Shown: in pieces, positions 28,445 through 36,958 of the stretch
Layout: each line of letters starts with the position of its first letter
Position numbering within the stretch: position 1 is the first letter of the stretch
Assembly: GCA_964573775.1 (NCBI GenBank)
Contig: CAZNKU010000002.1
Location: forward strand, 9,286-73,285
Length of the DNA: 64,000 nucleotides
Direction: 5' to 3'
From: an uncultured Clostridiaceae bacterium
GTDB lineage: Bacteria; Bacillota; Clostridia; Monoglobales; Firm-18
The notes under the pieces: generated by a model
What the model was told of the DNA's origin: nothing
Database searches by the model: none
The model's input: only the letters and a program-made list of their open reading frames with translations
Made by a program: the position numbers and the translations under genes

Positions 28445-29542
28445 TCAGACATTGATACGGAACAGTACTACGTCGCCGTCCTTCATAACATATTCCTTAC
28501 CTTCGGAACGTACGAGACCTTTTTCCCTTGCCGCAACAAGGTTGCCGCACTCAACAAGGTCATTGTATGCAACAACTTCTGCACGTATAAAGCCTCTTTC
28601 AAAGTCTGTGTGTATTTTACCTGCTGCCTGAGGAGCCTTTGTACCGTTTACAATTGTCCATGCTCTTGTTTCAGGCTCACCGCTTGTAAGGTAGCTTATT
28701 AGTCCCAAAAGGCTGTAGCTTGCACGTACAAGTCTGTCAAGCCCTGATTCTTCAATGCCAAGTTCTGCAAGATATTCCATTTTTTCTTCATCATCAAGCT
28801 GAGAAATTTCTTCTTCAATTCTTGCGGAAACAGGGATAATTTCACAACCCTTGTCCTTTGCAAATTCGCTTAACTTTTTAAAGTTTTCGTTGTCTGCATA
28901 TGCACCTGAAAGCTCGTCTTCAGCAACATTAGCCGCAAAGATAACAGGTTTTGTTGTAAGGAGAAATACTTCCTTCATCATTTCCTTTTCGTCTTCGGAC
29001 ATATCCATTGTTCTTACAGGGTTACCGCCTTCAAGATGAGCCTTTACTCTTTCAAAGAAATCTGCTTCTGCAAGGAATTTCTTGTCACCGCCCTTGGCGT
29101 TTTTCTTTGAACGGTCAATTCTCTTTTCAACAGATTCTACGTCTGCAAATATAAGCTCAAGCTCAATTGTTTCAACGTCACGGATAGAATCTACACTACC
29201 GTCAACGTGTACAATGTTTTTATCTTCAAAGCAACGTACAACGTGTACAATTGCATCAACCTCACGAATGTGTGAAAGGAACTTGTTACCAAGACCTTCA
29301 CCGCGGCTTGCACCCTTTACAAGACCTGCAATGTCAACAAACTCAATTACTGCAGGAACAATTTTTGCAGAATTATGCATTTTTGCAAGTACGTCAAGTC
29401 TTTCGTCAGGTACACTTACAATACCTACGTTTGGCTCTATCGTACAGAAGGGATAGTTTGCAGATTCCGCACCTGCCTTTGTTATTGCGTTAAAAAGTGT
29501 ACTTTTGCCCACATTCGGCAAGCCTACAATTCCTAATTTCAT
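28445..29542 (-). CDS. ychF: Redox-regulated ATPase YchF
   Basis: GIVGLPNVGKSTLFNA P-loop; 365 aa with a TGS-like C-terminus. Confidence 0.95.
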   Translation of the reverse strand: MKLGIVGLPNVGKSTLFNAITKAGAESANYPFCTIEPNVGIVSVPDERLDVLAKMHNSAKIVPAVIEFVDIAGLVKGASRGEGLGNKFLSHIREVDAIVHVVRCFEDKNIVHVDGSVDSIRDVETIELELIFADVESVEKRIDRSKKNAKGGDKKFLAEADFFERVKAHLEGGNPVRTMDMSEDEKEMMKEVFLLTTKPVIFAANVAEDELSGAYADNENFKKLSEFAKDKGCEIIPVSARIEEEISQLDDEEKMEYLAELGIEESGLDRLVRASYSLLGLISYLTSGEPETRAWTIVNGTKAPQAAGKIHTDFERGFIRAEVVAYNDLVECGNLVAAREKGLVRSEGKEYVMKDGDVVLFRINV

Positions 29543-29647
29543 AATAATTCACATCTCCTTATATTTCAAGGGTTTTCAAATTGGCCTGACACCAATTTGA
29601 CACCATTCTCAAAAGATAATTTTAAATATTTAACATAAGCCTAAGAT

Positions 29648-29676
29648 ATTTTATCACATTTTCGATTTAAAATCAA
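29648..29676 (-). promoter_or_regulatory. Candidate promoter of ychF-mtnN
   Basis: Minus strand TTGATT-N17-TAAAAT with a TGn extended -10. Confidence 0.5.
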
Positions 29677-29718
29677 CGGTTTTATAAATTTAAAAGTCTT
29701 TATTTAAGAAATAAACAG

Positions 29719-29770
29719 ATAAAAATCAAGCGGTTACTGTTTAACCTTCAAAGGCAGACAGCAACCGCTT
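29719..29770 (-). terminator. Terminator after the P-type ATPase
   Basis: AAGCGGTT..CTGT / ACAG..AACCGCTT stem, then a T-run on the minus strand. Confidence 0.65.
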
Positions 29771-29790
29771 TTTGTTTCAGAAAAGAGGAG

Positions 29791-32490
29791 TTATTTTGTA
29801 TTCTTCCTGTCCACTATTCTGCAAATTATTTTTATTAACTCAACTATAGGAATTATGAGAATTGCAAGACCAAAAGCAATTCCGTATTCCATAAGGTCAA
29901 GATGTGCAAGTTCAAATGCTTTTGTAAGGAAATCAACTTCAATAACGAGAGTTGTGAGCACAAGTGACAGAACACCTGCACCCCATAGCCACAAGTTTTG
30001 ACCCTTCATTTTGAAAATTGAACCGTGGAGTGATCTCATATTGAATGCATGGCATATCTCACAAAGAGAAAGTGTAAGGAAAGCCATAGAGGTACCCAGC
30101 ATTTCCGCAGAATATGTTCCCTGAGAGATAGCTTCCGCATGATGAAGGTCTGCAAGCCAATATCTTCCCAAAAGATAAGAAACCATAGTAATGATAGTTA
30201 CAAGCACACCCTGGTAAGCAACTGCGAAACCAAGACCGCCTGAGAAAATACCTTCCTTGCTGTCACGTGGTTTACGATTCATAATGCTTGCTTCGGGCTT
30301 TTCCATACCAAGTGCAAGTGCAGGGAAACAGTCTGTAATAAGATTTATCCAAAGCAAATGAACAGGTGCGAAGATTGTAAATCCGAAAAGTGTGGCAAAG
30401 AAGATTGTCAGCACTTCTGAAAGATTTGATGCAAGAAGAAACTGTATGGCTTTTCTTATGTTGTCATAAATTCTTCGTCCTTCACCAGCTGCTGAAACAA
30501 TGGTAGCAAAGTTATCATCGGCAAGAATCATATCAGCTACATTTTTTGTAACATCTGTACCTGTGATACCCATACCTACACCGATATCTGCATTTTTGAT
30601 TGAAGGGGCATCATTAACGCCATCACCTGTCATAGCGGTAACCTTTCCCTTCTTTTTCCAGGCGTTTACAATTCTCGTTTTATGTTCGGGCTGAACACGG
30701 GCATAAACCGAATATTTTTCTACAGCAATATCAAATTCATCGTCAGAAATATCATCAAGATCTGCACCTGTAATAGCATTGGATGCATCTGTAATAATGC
30801 CAAGCTGCATTGCGATAGCAACTGCGGTGTCTTTATGGTCACCTGTAATCATTATGGGGCGGATGCCGGCGTTTCTACACTCGTCAATTGCAGGCTTAAC
30901 TTCAGGGCGTACAGGGTCAATCATGCCGACAAGACCTATAAAGCAAAGTTCACATTCGACATTTTGCGAGTCATACACTGAAGGTTCGGCAGAAAGGTCC
31001 TTCTTGGCTGCTGCAAGAACACGAAGTGCGCGGTCAGCCATTTCCTTGTTTGCGTCAAGTATGTTTTTGCGGATTTCGTCTGTGATTTCTACAACATTAC
31101 CGTCAATAAGTGCTTTTGTGCATCTCTTTAAAAGCTCGTCAGGGGCACCCTTTGTAAACTGAATAAGAGAACCGTCAGCAGTCTTGTGAATGGTTGACAT
31201 CATCTTTCTTCCGGAATCAAAGGGAACTTCTCCGATTCTGACAAACACATTTTTCTGAGTGTTTTTGGAAATACCAAGTGTTTCAGCATAGTTGACGAGG
31301 GCACATTCGGTAGGTTCGCCCACAGCAGTGTTGGCATCTGTATCAAACTCTGCATCTGAACAAAGTGACATAGCATTTGCAAGGAGAGTTTCGTCTTCAC
31401 CGTAGTGATCAACAACTGTCATTTTATTTTGTGTAAGAGTACCTGTTTTATCTGAACAGATAATCTGAGTGCATCCAAGAGTTTCAACAGCGGTAAGCTT
31501 ACGGATGATAGCATTACGCTTTGACATATTGGTAACACCGATAGAAAGAACAATGGTTACAACAGTGGCAAGACCTTCCGGAATTGCCGCAACTGCAAGG
31601 GAAATAGCAATCATAAATGAATTCAGAAATGAATTCATAATAGGTTCACGACCGATAACGCCACGAATAATCTGAACAGCAAAAATGACGATACAGATAC
31701 CTATAACGAGATAGGTAAGAATTTTTGAAAGACCTGCAAGCTTAATCTGAAGAGGTGTTTTGCCTTCCTCTGCCTGAGCGAGAGCATCTGCAATTTTACC
31801 CATTTCAGTTTCCATACCTGTAGCTGTTACAACTGCCTTACCACGTCCGTAAACGACAGTTGAACCCATAAACACCATATTTTTTCTATCACCGAGAGCA
31901 ACGTCACCGTTTGCTCCCGCTGTAAGAGCGTCAACCTTTTTATCTACGGGAACTGATTCTCCGGTAAGAGCTGATTCCTCAATCTTCATAGAGGCACAGT
32001 CAATAATTCGTGCGTCTGCCGGAACTGAATCACCAGCTTCAAGAACTATAATATCACCTACAACCAGGTCTTCGCTGGGTATGGATATCTGCCTTCCGTC
32101 ACGTATGACCTTACTCTGTGCCTTAGACATTTCCTGTAGAGCTTCAATTGCTTTTTCTGCCTTGCTTTCCTGAAAAACGCCTAAAATAGCATTGATAAGA
32201 ACAACTGCAAGGATAATAACCACATCAGAAGGAAAACCCATGGAGCCCGAATGAATACCCTCGTAGATTTCTACGCCTGCAGAAATTGCAGCGGCAACCA
32301 ACAGGATAATTGTCATAGGCTCACAAAGCTGTTTTAAAAAGCGATGGAGCATTGACTCCTTCTTTGCCTCAATAAGTTTGTTTTTGCCGTTTTTGTCAAG
32401 TCTTGCTGTTGCCTCTGAAGAACTTAAACCGTCATTATTACTGTCAACGGTCTTAATTACATCTTCAGCGTTGCTTAAATAATGTTTCAT
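29791..32490 (-). CDS. P-type IIA cation-transporting ATPase (Ca2+/Mn2+-type)
   Basis: CSDKTGTLT, TGDGVNDAPS and IPEGL motifs; 899 aa; GGAGGAG RBS. Confidence 0.9.
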   Translation of the reverse strand: MKHYLSNAEDVIKTVDSNNDGLSSSEATARLDKNGKNKLIEAKKESMLHRFLKQLCEPMTIILLVAAAISAGVEIYEGIHSGSMGFPSDVVIILAVVLINAILGVFQESKAEKAIEALQEMSKAQSKVIRDGRQISIPSEDLVVGDIIVLEAGDSVPADARIIDCASMKIEESALTGESVPVDKKVDALTAGANGDVALGDRKNMVFMGSTVVYGRGKAVVTATGMETEMGKIADALAQAEEGKTPLQIKLAGLSKILTYLVIGICIVIFAVQIIRGVIGREPIMNSFLNSFMIAISLAVAAIPEGLATVVTIVLSIGVTNMSKRNAIIRKLTAVETLGCTQIICSDKTGTLTQNKMTVVDHYGEDETLLANAMSLCSDAEFDTDANTAVGEPTECALVNYAETLGISKNTQKNVFVRIGEVPFDSGRKMMSTIHKTADGSLIQFTKGAPDELLKRCTKALIDGNVVEITDEIRKNILDANKEMADRALRVLAAAKKDLSAEPSVYDSQNVECELCFIGLVGMIDPVRPEVKPAIDECRNAGIRPIMITGDHKDTAVAIAMQLGIITDASNAITGADLDDISDDEFDIAVEKYSVYARVQPEHKTRIVNAWKKKGKVTAMTGDGVNDAPSIKNADIGVGMGITGTDVTKNVADMILADDNFATIVSAAGEGRRIYDNIRKAIQFLLASNLSEVLTIFFATLFGFTIFAPVHLLWINLITDCFPALALGMEKPEASIMNRKPRDSKEGIFSGGLGFAVAYQGVLVTIITMVSYLLGRYWLADLHHAEAISQGTYSAEMLGTSMAFLTLSLCEICHAFNMRSLHGSIFKMKGQNLWLWGAGVLSLVLTTLVIEVDFLTKAFELAHLDLMEYGIAFGLAILIIPIVELIKIICRIVDRKNTK

Positions 32491-32544
32491 TTTTCTCCTC
32501 CTGTCAAAAATTTATATAATAATAATTTTATTATGTGCAAAAAT

Positions 32545-32713
32545 AAAAAAGTGTTTCAAAAAACACATTAGCTCCCTGTCTCCGCTGTCCGCTACGGTCG
32601 TTGATAGGCGATTGCCACCGGCAAGCATCAACCCTCAATCTTGAGGGGATCAAGGTACACTTTTGTGTAATATAGAAAATTGCAAAAGTATCAATTTTCT
32701 ATAAGATAAAAAA
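32545..32713 (-). repeat. Intergenic structured repeat, copy 1 (long form with an extra GC-rich module of about 50 nt)
   Basis: Shares the ATCTTATAGRAAATTG..CAATTTYCTATATTACACAAAAGTGYACCTTRATCCCC..CAAGATTG..GGG core with 43761-43891; ends in GTGTTT/AAACAC hairpin plus T-run on the minus strand. Confidence 0.8.
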
Positions 32714-32830
32714 GACTTTTGCGGCATAACGCCGCAAAAGTCTTGCCATCAAAATAGATCCAAATAACCGGACAAAAAAGTCGAGATGACGGTTATCGGA
32801 AATGCAGAGCATTCAGCTACTCCCTTTTGC
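32708..32830 (-). promoter_or_regulatory. yybP-ykoY-like (Mn2+-type) riboswitch with intrinsic terminator
   Basis: Minus strand GCAAAAG-GGAGUAG..GGCAAGA-CUUUUGC; the P1 3' strand overlaps the terminator GACUUUUGCGGC-GUUAU-GCCGCAAAAGUC-U6 (32742-32708). Confidence 0.65.
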
Positions 32831-32839
32831 AATATAATA

Positions 32840-32868
32840 ATATTATCACAAAAACAAAATATTGTCAA
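32840..32868 (-). promoter_or_regulatory. Sigma-A promoter driving the riboswitch leader
   Basis: Minus strand TTGACA (32868-32863), N17, TAATAT (32845-32840) with a TGn extended -10; aptamer begins about 10 nt downstream. Confidence 0.65.
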
Positions 32869-33064
32869 TTATATTGGCAAAAATTAATTTAAAACATTCG
32901 GAATGTTATATATTTGGCTCTTTTGCTTTCACTGTTGATTTTAAAACTCATTGATTTTACCGTAACAAAATTTGTATATAATTAAAAATATTTTTATCAA
33001 CATCTTTATTTTTTTAATAATATGTAGTATAATATATCTATATTGTTAAAAAGGAGTGCATATA

Positions 33065-33436
33065 ATGAGCGATTACGTAAATGAATATGTAGAAAGTGCA
33101 AAGGAAGTACTTGCATCTGCTGCAAAAAAAGTGGTTGAAAAATCATCGGAAATTTATGCTACAACAAAAATGACATATGAAATTTCTAAATTAAGAGATG
33201 AAATCAATAGATCTTACAAAGAATTAGGCGAAATGTTTTATGCAAATTATCTTGGAAAAGAAACATCAACAGAGGAAGCGGAAGCAATATGCCGTAAGAT
33301 AGAAGGCTTAAAAGCAGATATAGATAAGGTTGCAGTTGAGATAGCTCATATAAAAGGGAATAATGTATGTGATAACTGCGGAGCAGAGGTTACAAAAGAA
33401 AGTGTTTACTGCGCAAAGTGCGGAAGGGAATTGTAA
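33065..33436 (+). CDS. Coiled-coil protein with a C-terminal zinc ribbon
   Basis: AAGGAG RBS 7 nt before the ATG at 33065; C-terminal CDNCG..CAKCG. Confidence 0.6.
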   Translation: MSDYVNEYVESAKEVLASAAKKVVEKSSEIYATTKMTYEISKLRDEINRSYKELGEMFYANYLGKETSTEEAEAICRKIEGLKADIDKVAVEIAHIKGNNVCDNCGAEVTKESVYCAKCGREL

Positions 33437-33451
33437 TAGGGAGAGCAAGAA

Positions 33452-34537
33452 GTGGATTTTACGGATATTTCATTAGAAAACATAGAATATACACAAAAAC
33501 TCGGTGGCAATATTTATTATTCTGCAACACCATCGAGAGTTGTTGATTACAGTTGTAATTACAATATTTTAAAAACACCGAAAAATATTGCAAAGGCTTT
33601 AAAGAAAGTTAATCCTTCTTCAAGACCTGACCCGGATTATAAGAAGGCAATACTTAACCTGTCTGCCAGACACGGTGTAACACACGAAAACGTTGTTCTT
33701 GAAAAAAATTATTATTCTGCACTTAATGTTGCTTTAAGGGCAATAAAGGCACGGTGTGCAACTGCAATTACTCCCTGTGCTACAGCCTGCAGGGATATAT
33801 GCAGAATGAATAACTGCGATATTTTAAGTCATGTTTTGCAGGAAAGAAAAAACTTCAAGTTCGACAGTGACGAGTTTATTGAAAAAATAGGCGGTCGTAC
33901 CGATACTGTTGTTTTGAGCAATCCAAACAACGCAACAGGGCGTATGATACCAAAATCAGACATTATAACAATTCTTGACTATTGTTTGTCTAAGGGCATA
34001 TATGTAATCATAGACGAAACATATATGGATTTTGTACCTGACGGTCAAAGTTCAATAAACCTTATTTCTCAGTATTACAACCTTGTTGTTATACGTTCAC
34101 TTTCGGAATATTACAACCTTTCAGGTATAGGTGCGGCATATGTGGTTTCAAGTCCGGAAATTATAGAAAATATCAGGGAAATTCAGGTGCCGTGGCAGGT
34201 TGATGTATACGGAAACGCAATATGTGAAAATGCATATAAGGATGAAAAATTTGAACTTAAAACTAAAAAGTGGATTTTTGAGGAAAAGAGAAAGTTTGTA
34301 AATAAGCTTAAAACACTTAATAATGTTCGTGTCATTAACAGTGATTGTCATTTTATGTTGTTAAAGCTTGAAGATACATCTGCTACAAATGTATATAATC
34401 GTCTTTTAAAGAGCAATATACTTATAAGGGATGCGTCAGGATTTACGGGACTTGACGGGTCGTATATCCGTATTGCTGTAAAAGATGAAAAATCCAACGA
34501 TAAGTTTTTGCAGGCTTTGCTTAAATATTTGATTTAA
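33452..34537 (+). CDS. Class I/II aminotransferase-fold protein (HisC/CobD-like) lacking the PLP-binding lysine
   Basis: SNPNNATG and IIDETY motifs are present, but the S-x-S-K position reads SLSEYYNLSG (GAA codon at 34106-34108). Confidence 0.6.
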   Translation: MDFTDISLENIEYTQKLGGNIYYSATPSRVVDYSCNYNILKTPKNIAKALKKVNPSSRPDPDYKKAILNLSARHGVTHENVVLEKNYYSALNVALRAIKARCATAITPCATACRDICRMNNCDILSHVLQERKNFKFDSDEFIEKIGGRTDTVVLSNPNNATGRMIPKSDIITILDYCLSKGIYVIIDETYMDFVPDGQSSINLISQYYNLVVIRSLSEYYNLSGIGAAYVVSSPEIIENIREIQVPWQVDVYGNAICENAYKDEKFELKTKKWIFEEKRKFVNKLKTLNNVRVINSDCHFMLLKLEDTSATNVYNRLLKSNILIRDASGFTGLDGSYIRIAVKDEKSNDKFLQALLKYLI

Positions 34538-34543
34538 AAAAAC

Positions 34544-34571
34544 GCTCCTTTTTTAAAAGGGAGCTTTTTTG
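34544..34571 (+). terminator. Rho-independent terminator
   Basis: GCTCCTTTT / AAAAGGGAGC stem followed by T6. Confidence 0.75.
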
Positions 34572-34600
34572 TTGATTTTTTTAAAATAATATGTTATAAT
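34572..34600 (+). promoter_or_regulatory. Sigma-A promoter of the OPT transporter operon
   Basis: TTGATT, N17, TATAAT with an upstream TGn. Confidence 0.6.
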
Positions 34601-34646
34601 TTTATAGATTATTATGAGTCGGTTATCCGACGGAACGGAGTAAGTT

Positions 34647-36560
34647 ATGGGGAATAATAAAAATTTTAAGCCATACATTCCGGCAGAAAATATTACTCCC
34701 GAGATTACTGTTACATCAGTAATTATGGGTATTATTCTTGCTGTAGTGTTTGGCGCTGCAAATGCTTATTTAGGACTTAGAGTAGGTCTTACGGTTTCTG
34801 CTTCTATTCCTGCTGCGGTAATTGCAATGGGCGTTATACGCGTAATTATGCGTAAAAATTCAATTCTTGAAAGTAATATTGTACAGACAACCGGTTCTGC
34901 AGGCGAATCGTTGGCGGCAGGTGCAATATTTACATTACCTGCACTTTTCCTTTGGGCAAGAGAAGGTATTATGGGTATGCCTACAATACTTGAAATAACT
35001 CTTATTGCTTTATTGGGCGGTCTTTTGGGTGTATTCTTTATGGTACCTCTTCGTAATGCACTTATTGTAAGAGAACACGGCACATTGCCTTACCCTGAAG
35101 GTACTGCTTGTGCAGAGGTTCTTTTAGCAGGTGAAGAAGGCGGTGCAAACGCGTCTACAGTATTTGCAGGTATGGGCTTTGCGGCAATTTTCAAATTCAT
35201 TATTGACGGTCTTAAAGCCGTTCCAGGTGAAATTACATTTGCTGTTAAAGGTTATGCAGGTGCAATAGGTACACAGATTTATCCTGCTGTAATGAGTGTT
35301 GGTTATATCTGCGGTCCACGTATTTCATCTTATATGTTTGCGGGCGGTGTTCTTAGCTGGTTGGTACTGATTCCGCTTATCGTGCTTTTCGGCAAGGACT
35401 TGGTTATGTATCCCGGCACTGAAACTATCGGCTCAATTTATGCGGCAGGCGGTGCAAGCGGCATCTGGAGCACATATATACGTTATATAGGTGCAGGTGC
35501 TTTGGCAGCGGGAGGTATCATAAGCCTTGTAAAATCTCTTCCGCTTATTGTACGTACTTTCGGTGATGCTCTTAAGAGTATGTCACAGAACAGTATGATA
35601 AGTAATGAAAGAACAGCTCAGGATATAAATATTAAAATTGTTTTGATTGTGATTGTTATTCTTACACTTTTGGTATGGTTGGTTCCTGCTGTACCTGTAT
35701 CACCGCTTGGTGCTGTTATAGTTGTTGTATTTGGCTTCTTCTTTGCAACAGTATCATCACGTATGGTTGGTCTTGTGGGAAGCAGTAACAACCCTGTATC
35801 AGGTATGGCTATTGCAACACTTTTAATTGCTACACTTATTCTTAAACTTACAGGTCAGGTGGGTGCAACAGGTATGCATGCCGCAATTGCTATCGGTTCT
35901 ATAATCTGTATTGTTGCGGCAATTTCAGGTGATACATCTCAGGACCTTAAAACAGGATATTTGCTTGGTGCAACACCTAAAAAACAGCAGTATGCTGAAA
36001 TTATTGGTGTAGTTGCAGCGGCATTTGCTATCGGCGGTACACTTTATCTTCTTGACAGTGCATGGCATTTTGGCTCTGCAGAAATTCCTGCTCCTCAGGC
36101 TACTTTAATGAAGATGATTGTTGAAGGCGTTATGGAGGGTAATCTTCCATGGGCATTGGTATTTACAGGTGTATTTATTGCAGTTGTTGCTGAAGTAGTA
36201 GGTGTTCCCGTACTACCTTTTGCAATTGGTGTTTATTTGCCGGTACATCTTAATGCCTGCATTATGGTAGGTGGTCTTGTAAGACATATACTTGATAAGG
36301 TAAAGGGTACAGAGGAAGAAAAGAAAGCAAAAGTTAATGACGGTATTTTGTTCTGCTCAGGTATGATTGCAGGTGAGGGACTTGTAGGTATCATTCTTGC
36401 GGTGCTTGCTGTTGCAGGTGTGGACAAGGTAATAGATATTTCAGGTATGTTAGGAATGCCTGAAACTGTTGCAAATATAGCAAGTCTTGTGGTATTTGCA
36501 CTTGTTGTTCTTAGCGTTCTTAAGTTTTCACTTTGGAAAAAACGCAGTAAACAACTATGA
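34647..36560 (+). CDS. OPT-family oligopeptide transporter
   Basis: 637 aa polytopic; N-terminal FKPYIPAE..TPE..GAANAYLGLRVG is typical of bacterial OPT proteins. Confidence 0.85.
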   Translation: MGNNKNFKPYIPAENITPEITVTSVIMGIILAVVFGAANAYLGLRVGLTVSASIPAAVIAMGVIRVIMRKNSILESNIVQTTGSAGESLAAGAIFTLPALFLWAREGIMGMPTILEITLIALLGGLLGVFFMVPLRNALIVREHGTLPYPEGTACAEVLLAGEEGGANASTVFAGMGFAAIFKFIIDGLKAVPGEITFAVKGYAGAIGTQIYPAVMSVGYICGPRISSYMFAGGVLSWLVLIPLIVLFGKDLVMYPGTETIGSIYAAGGASGIWSTYIRYIGAGALAAGGIISLVKSLPLIVRTFGDALKSMSQNSMISNERTAQDINIKIVLIVIVILTLLVWLVPAVPVSPLGAVIVVVFGFFFATVSSRMVGLVGSSNNPVSGMAIATLLIATLILKLTGQVGATGMHAAIAIGSIICIVAAISGDTSQDLKTGYLLGATPKKQQYAEIIGVVAAAFAIGGTLYLLDSAWHFGSAEIPAPQATLMKMIVEGVMEGNLPWALVFTGVFIAVVAEVVGVPVLPFAIGVYLPVHLNACIMVGGLVRHILDKVKGTEEEKKAKVNDGILFCSGMIAGEGLVGIILAVLAVAGVDKVIDISGMLGMPETVANIASLVVFALVVLSVLKFSLWKKRSKQL

Positions 36561-36907
36561 AAAAGAAAAATGTTATAACTAAAAATTATCTTGAGGGCAT
36601 TCCCTTAAGACATCCTGATATTAATTGGTCAAAGGATAATGAAGGGCTTGTTACTCTTGAAATAGAAAACACGGGGTTTATGAACCGTGTAGCTCAGAAG
36701 CTTTTTAAAAAACCTAAAATCAGTTATGTTCATCTAGATGAAATGGGTAGCTTTGTGTGGCCGGTTATGGATGGCGAAAAGAATCTTATAAAAATAGGTG
36801 AAGAAGTAAAAGAACACTTTGGAGAAAAGGCAGAGCCTTTATATGAAAGGTTGGCAAAGTATTTTCAAATACTGGAAAGTTATCATTTTATACAATGGAA
36901 TAATTGA
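36557..36907 (+). CDS. PqqD-like (RRE-type) small protein
   Basis: 116 aa; LDEMGSFVWPVMDGEKNLIKIGEEV resembles the PqqD family; ATGA overlap with the OPT stop. Confidence 0.5.
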   Translation: MKKKNVITKNYLEGIPLRHPDINWSKDNEGLVTLEIENTGFMNRVAQKLFKKPKISYVHLDEMGSFVWPVMDGEKNLIKIGEEVKEHFGEKAEPLYERLAKYFQILESYHFIQWNN

Positions 36908-36920
36908 GTTTTAACAAATT

Positions 36921-36957
36921 AAAAACTCCTACGGTGATATGCCGTAGGAGCTTTTTG
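36921..36957. terminator. Bidirectional terminator
   Basis: CTCCTACGG (36926-36934) / CCGTAGGAG (36942-36950) flanked by A5 and T5. Confidence 0.8.
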
Positions 36958-36958
36958 T

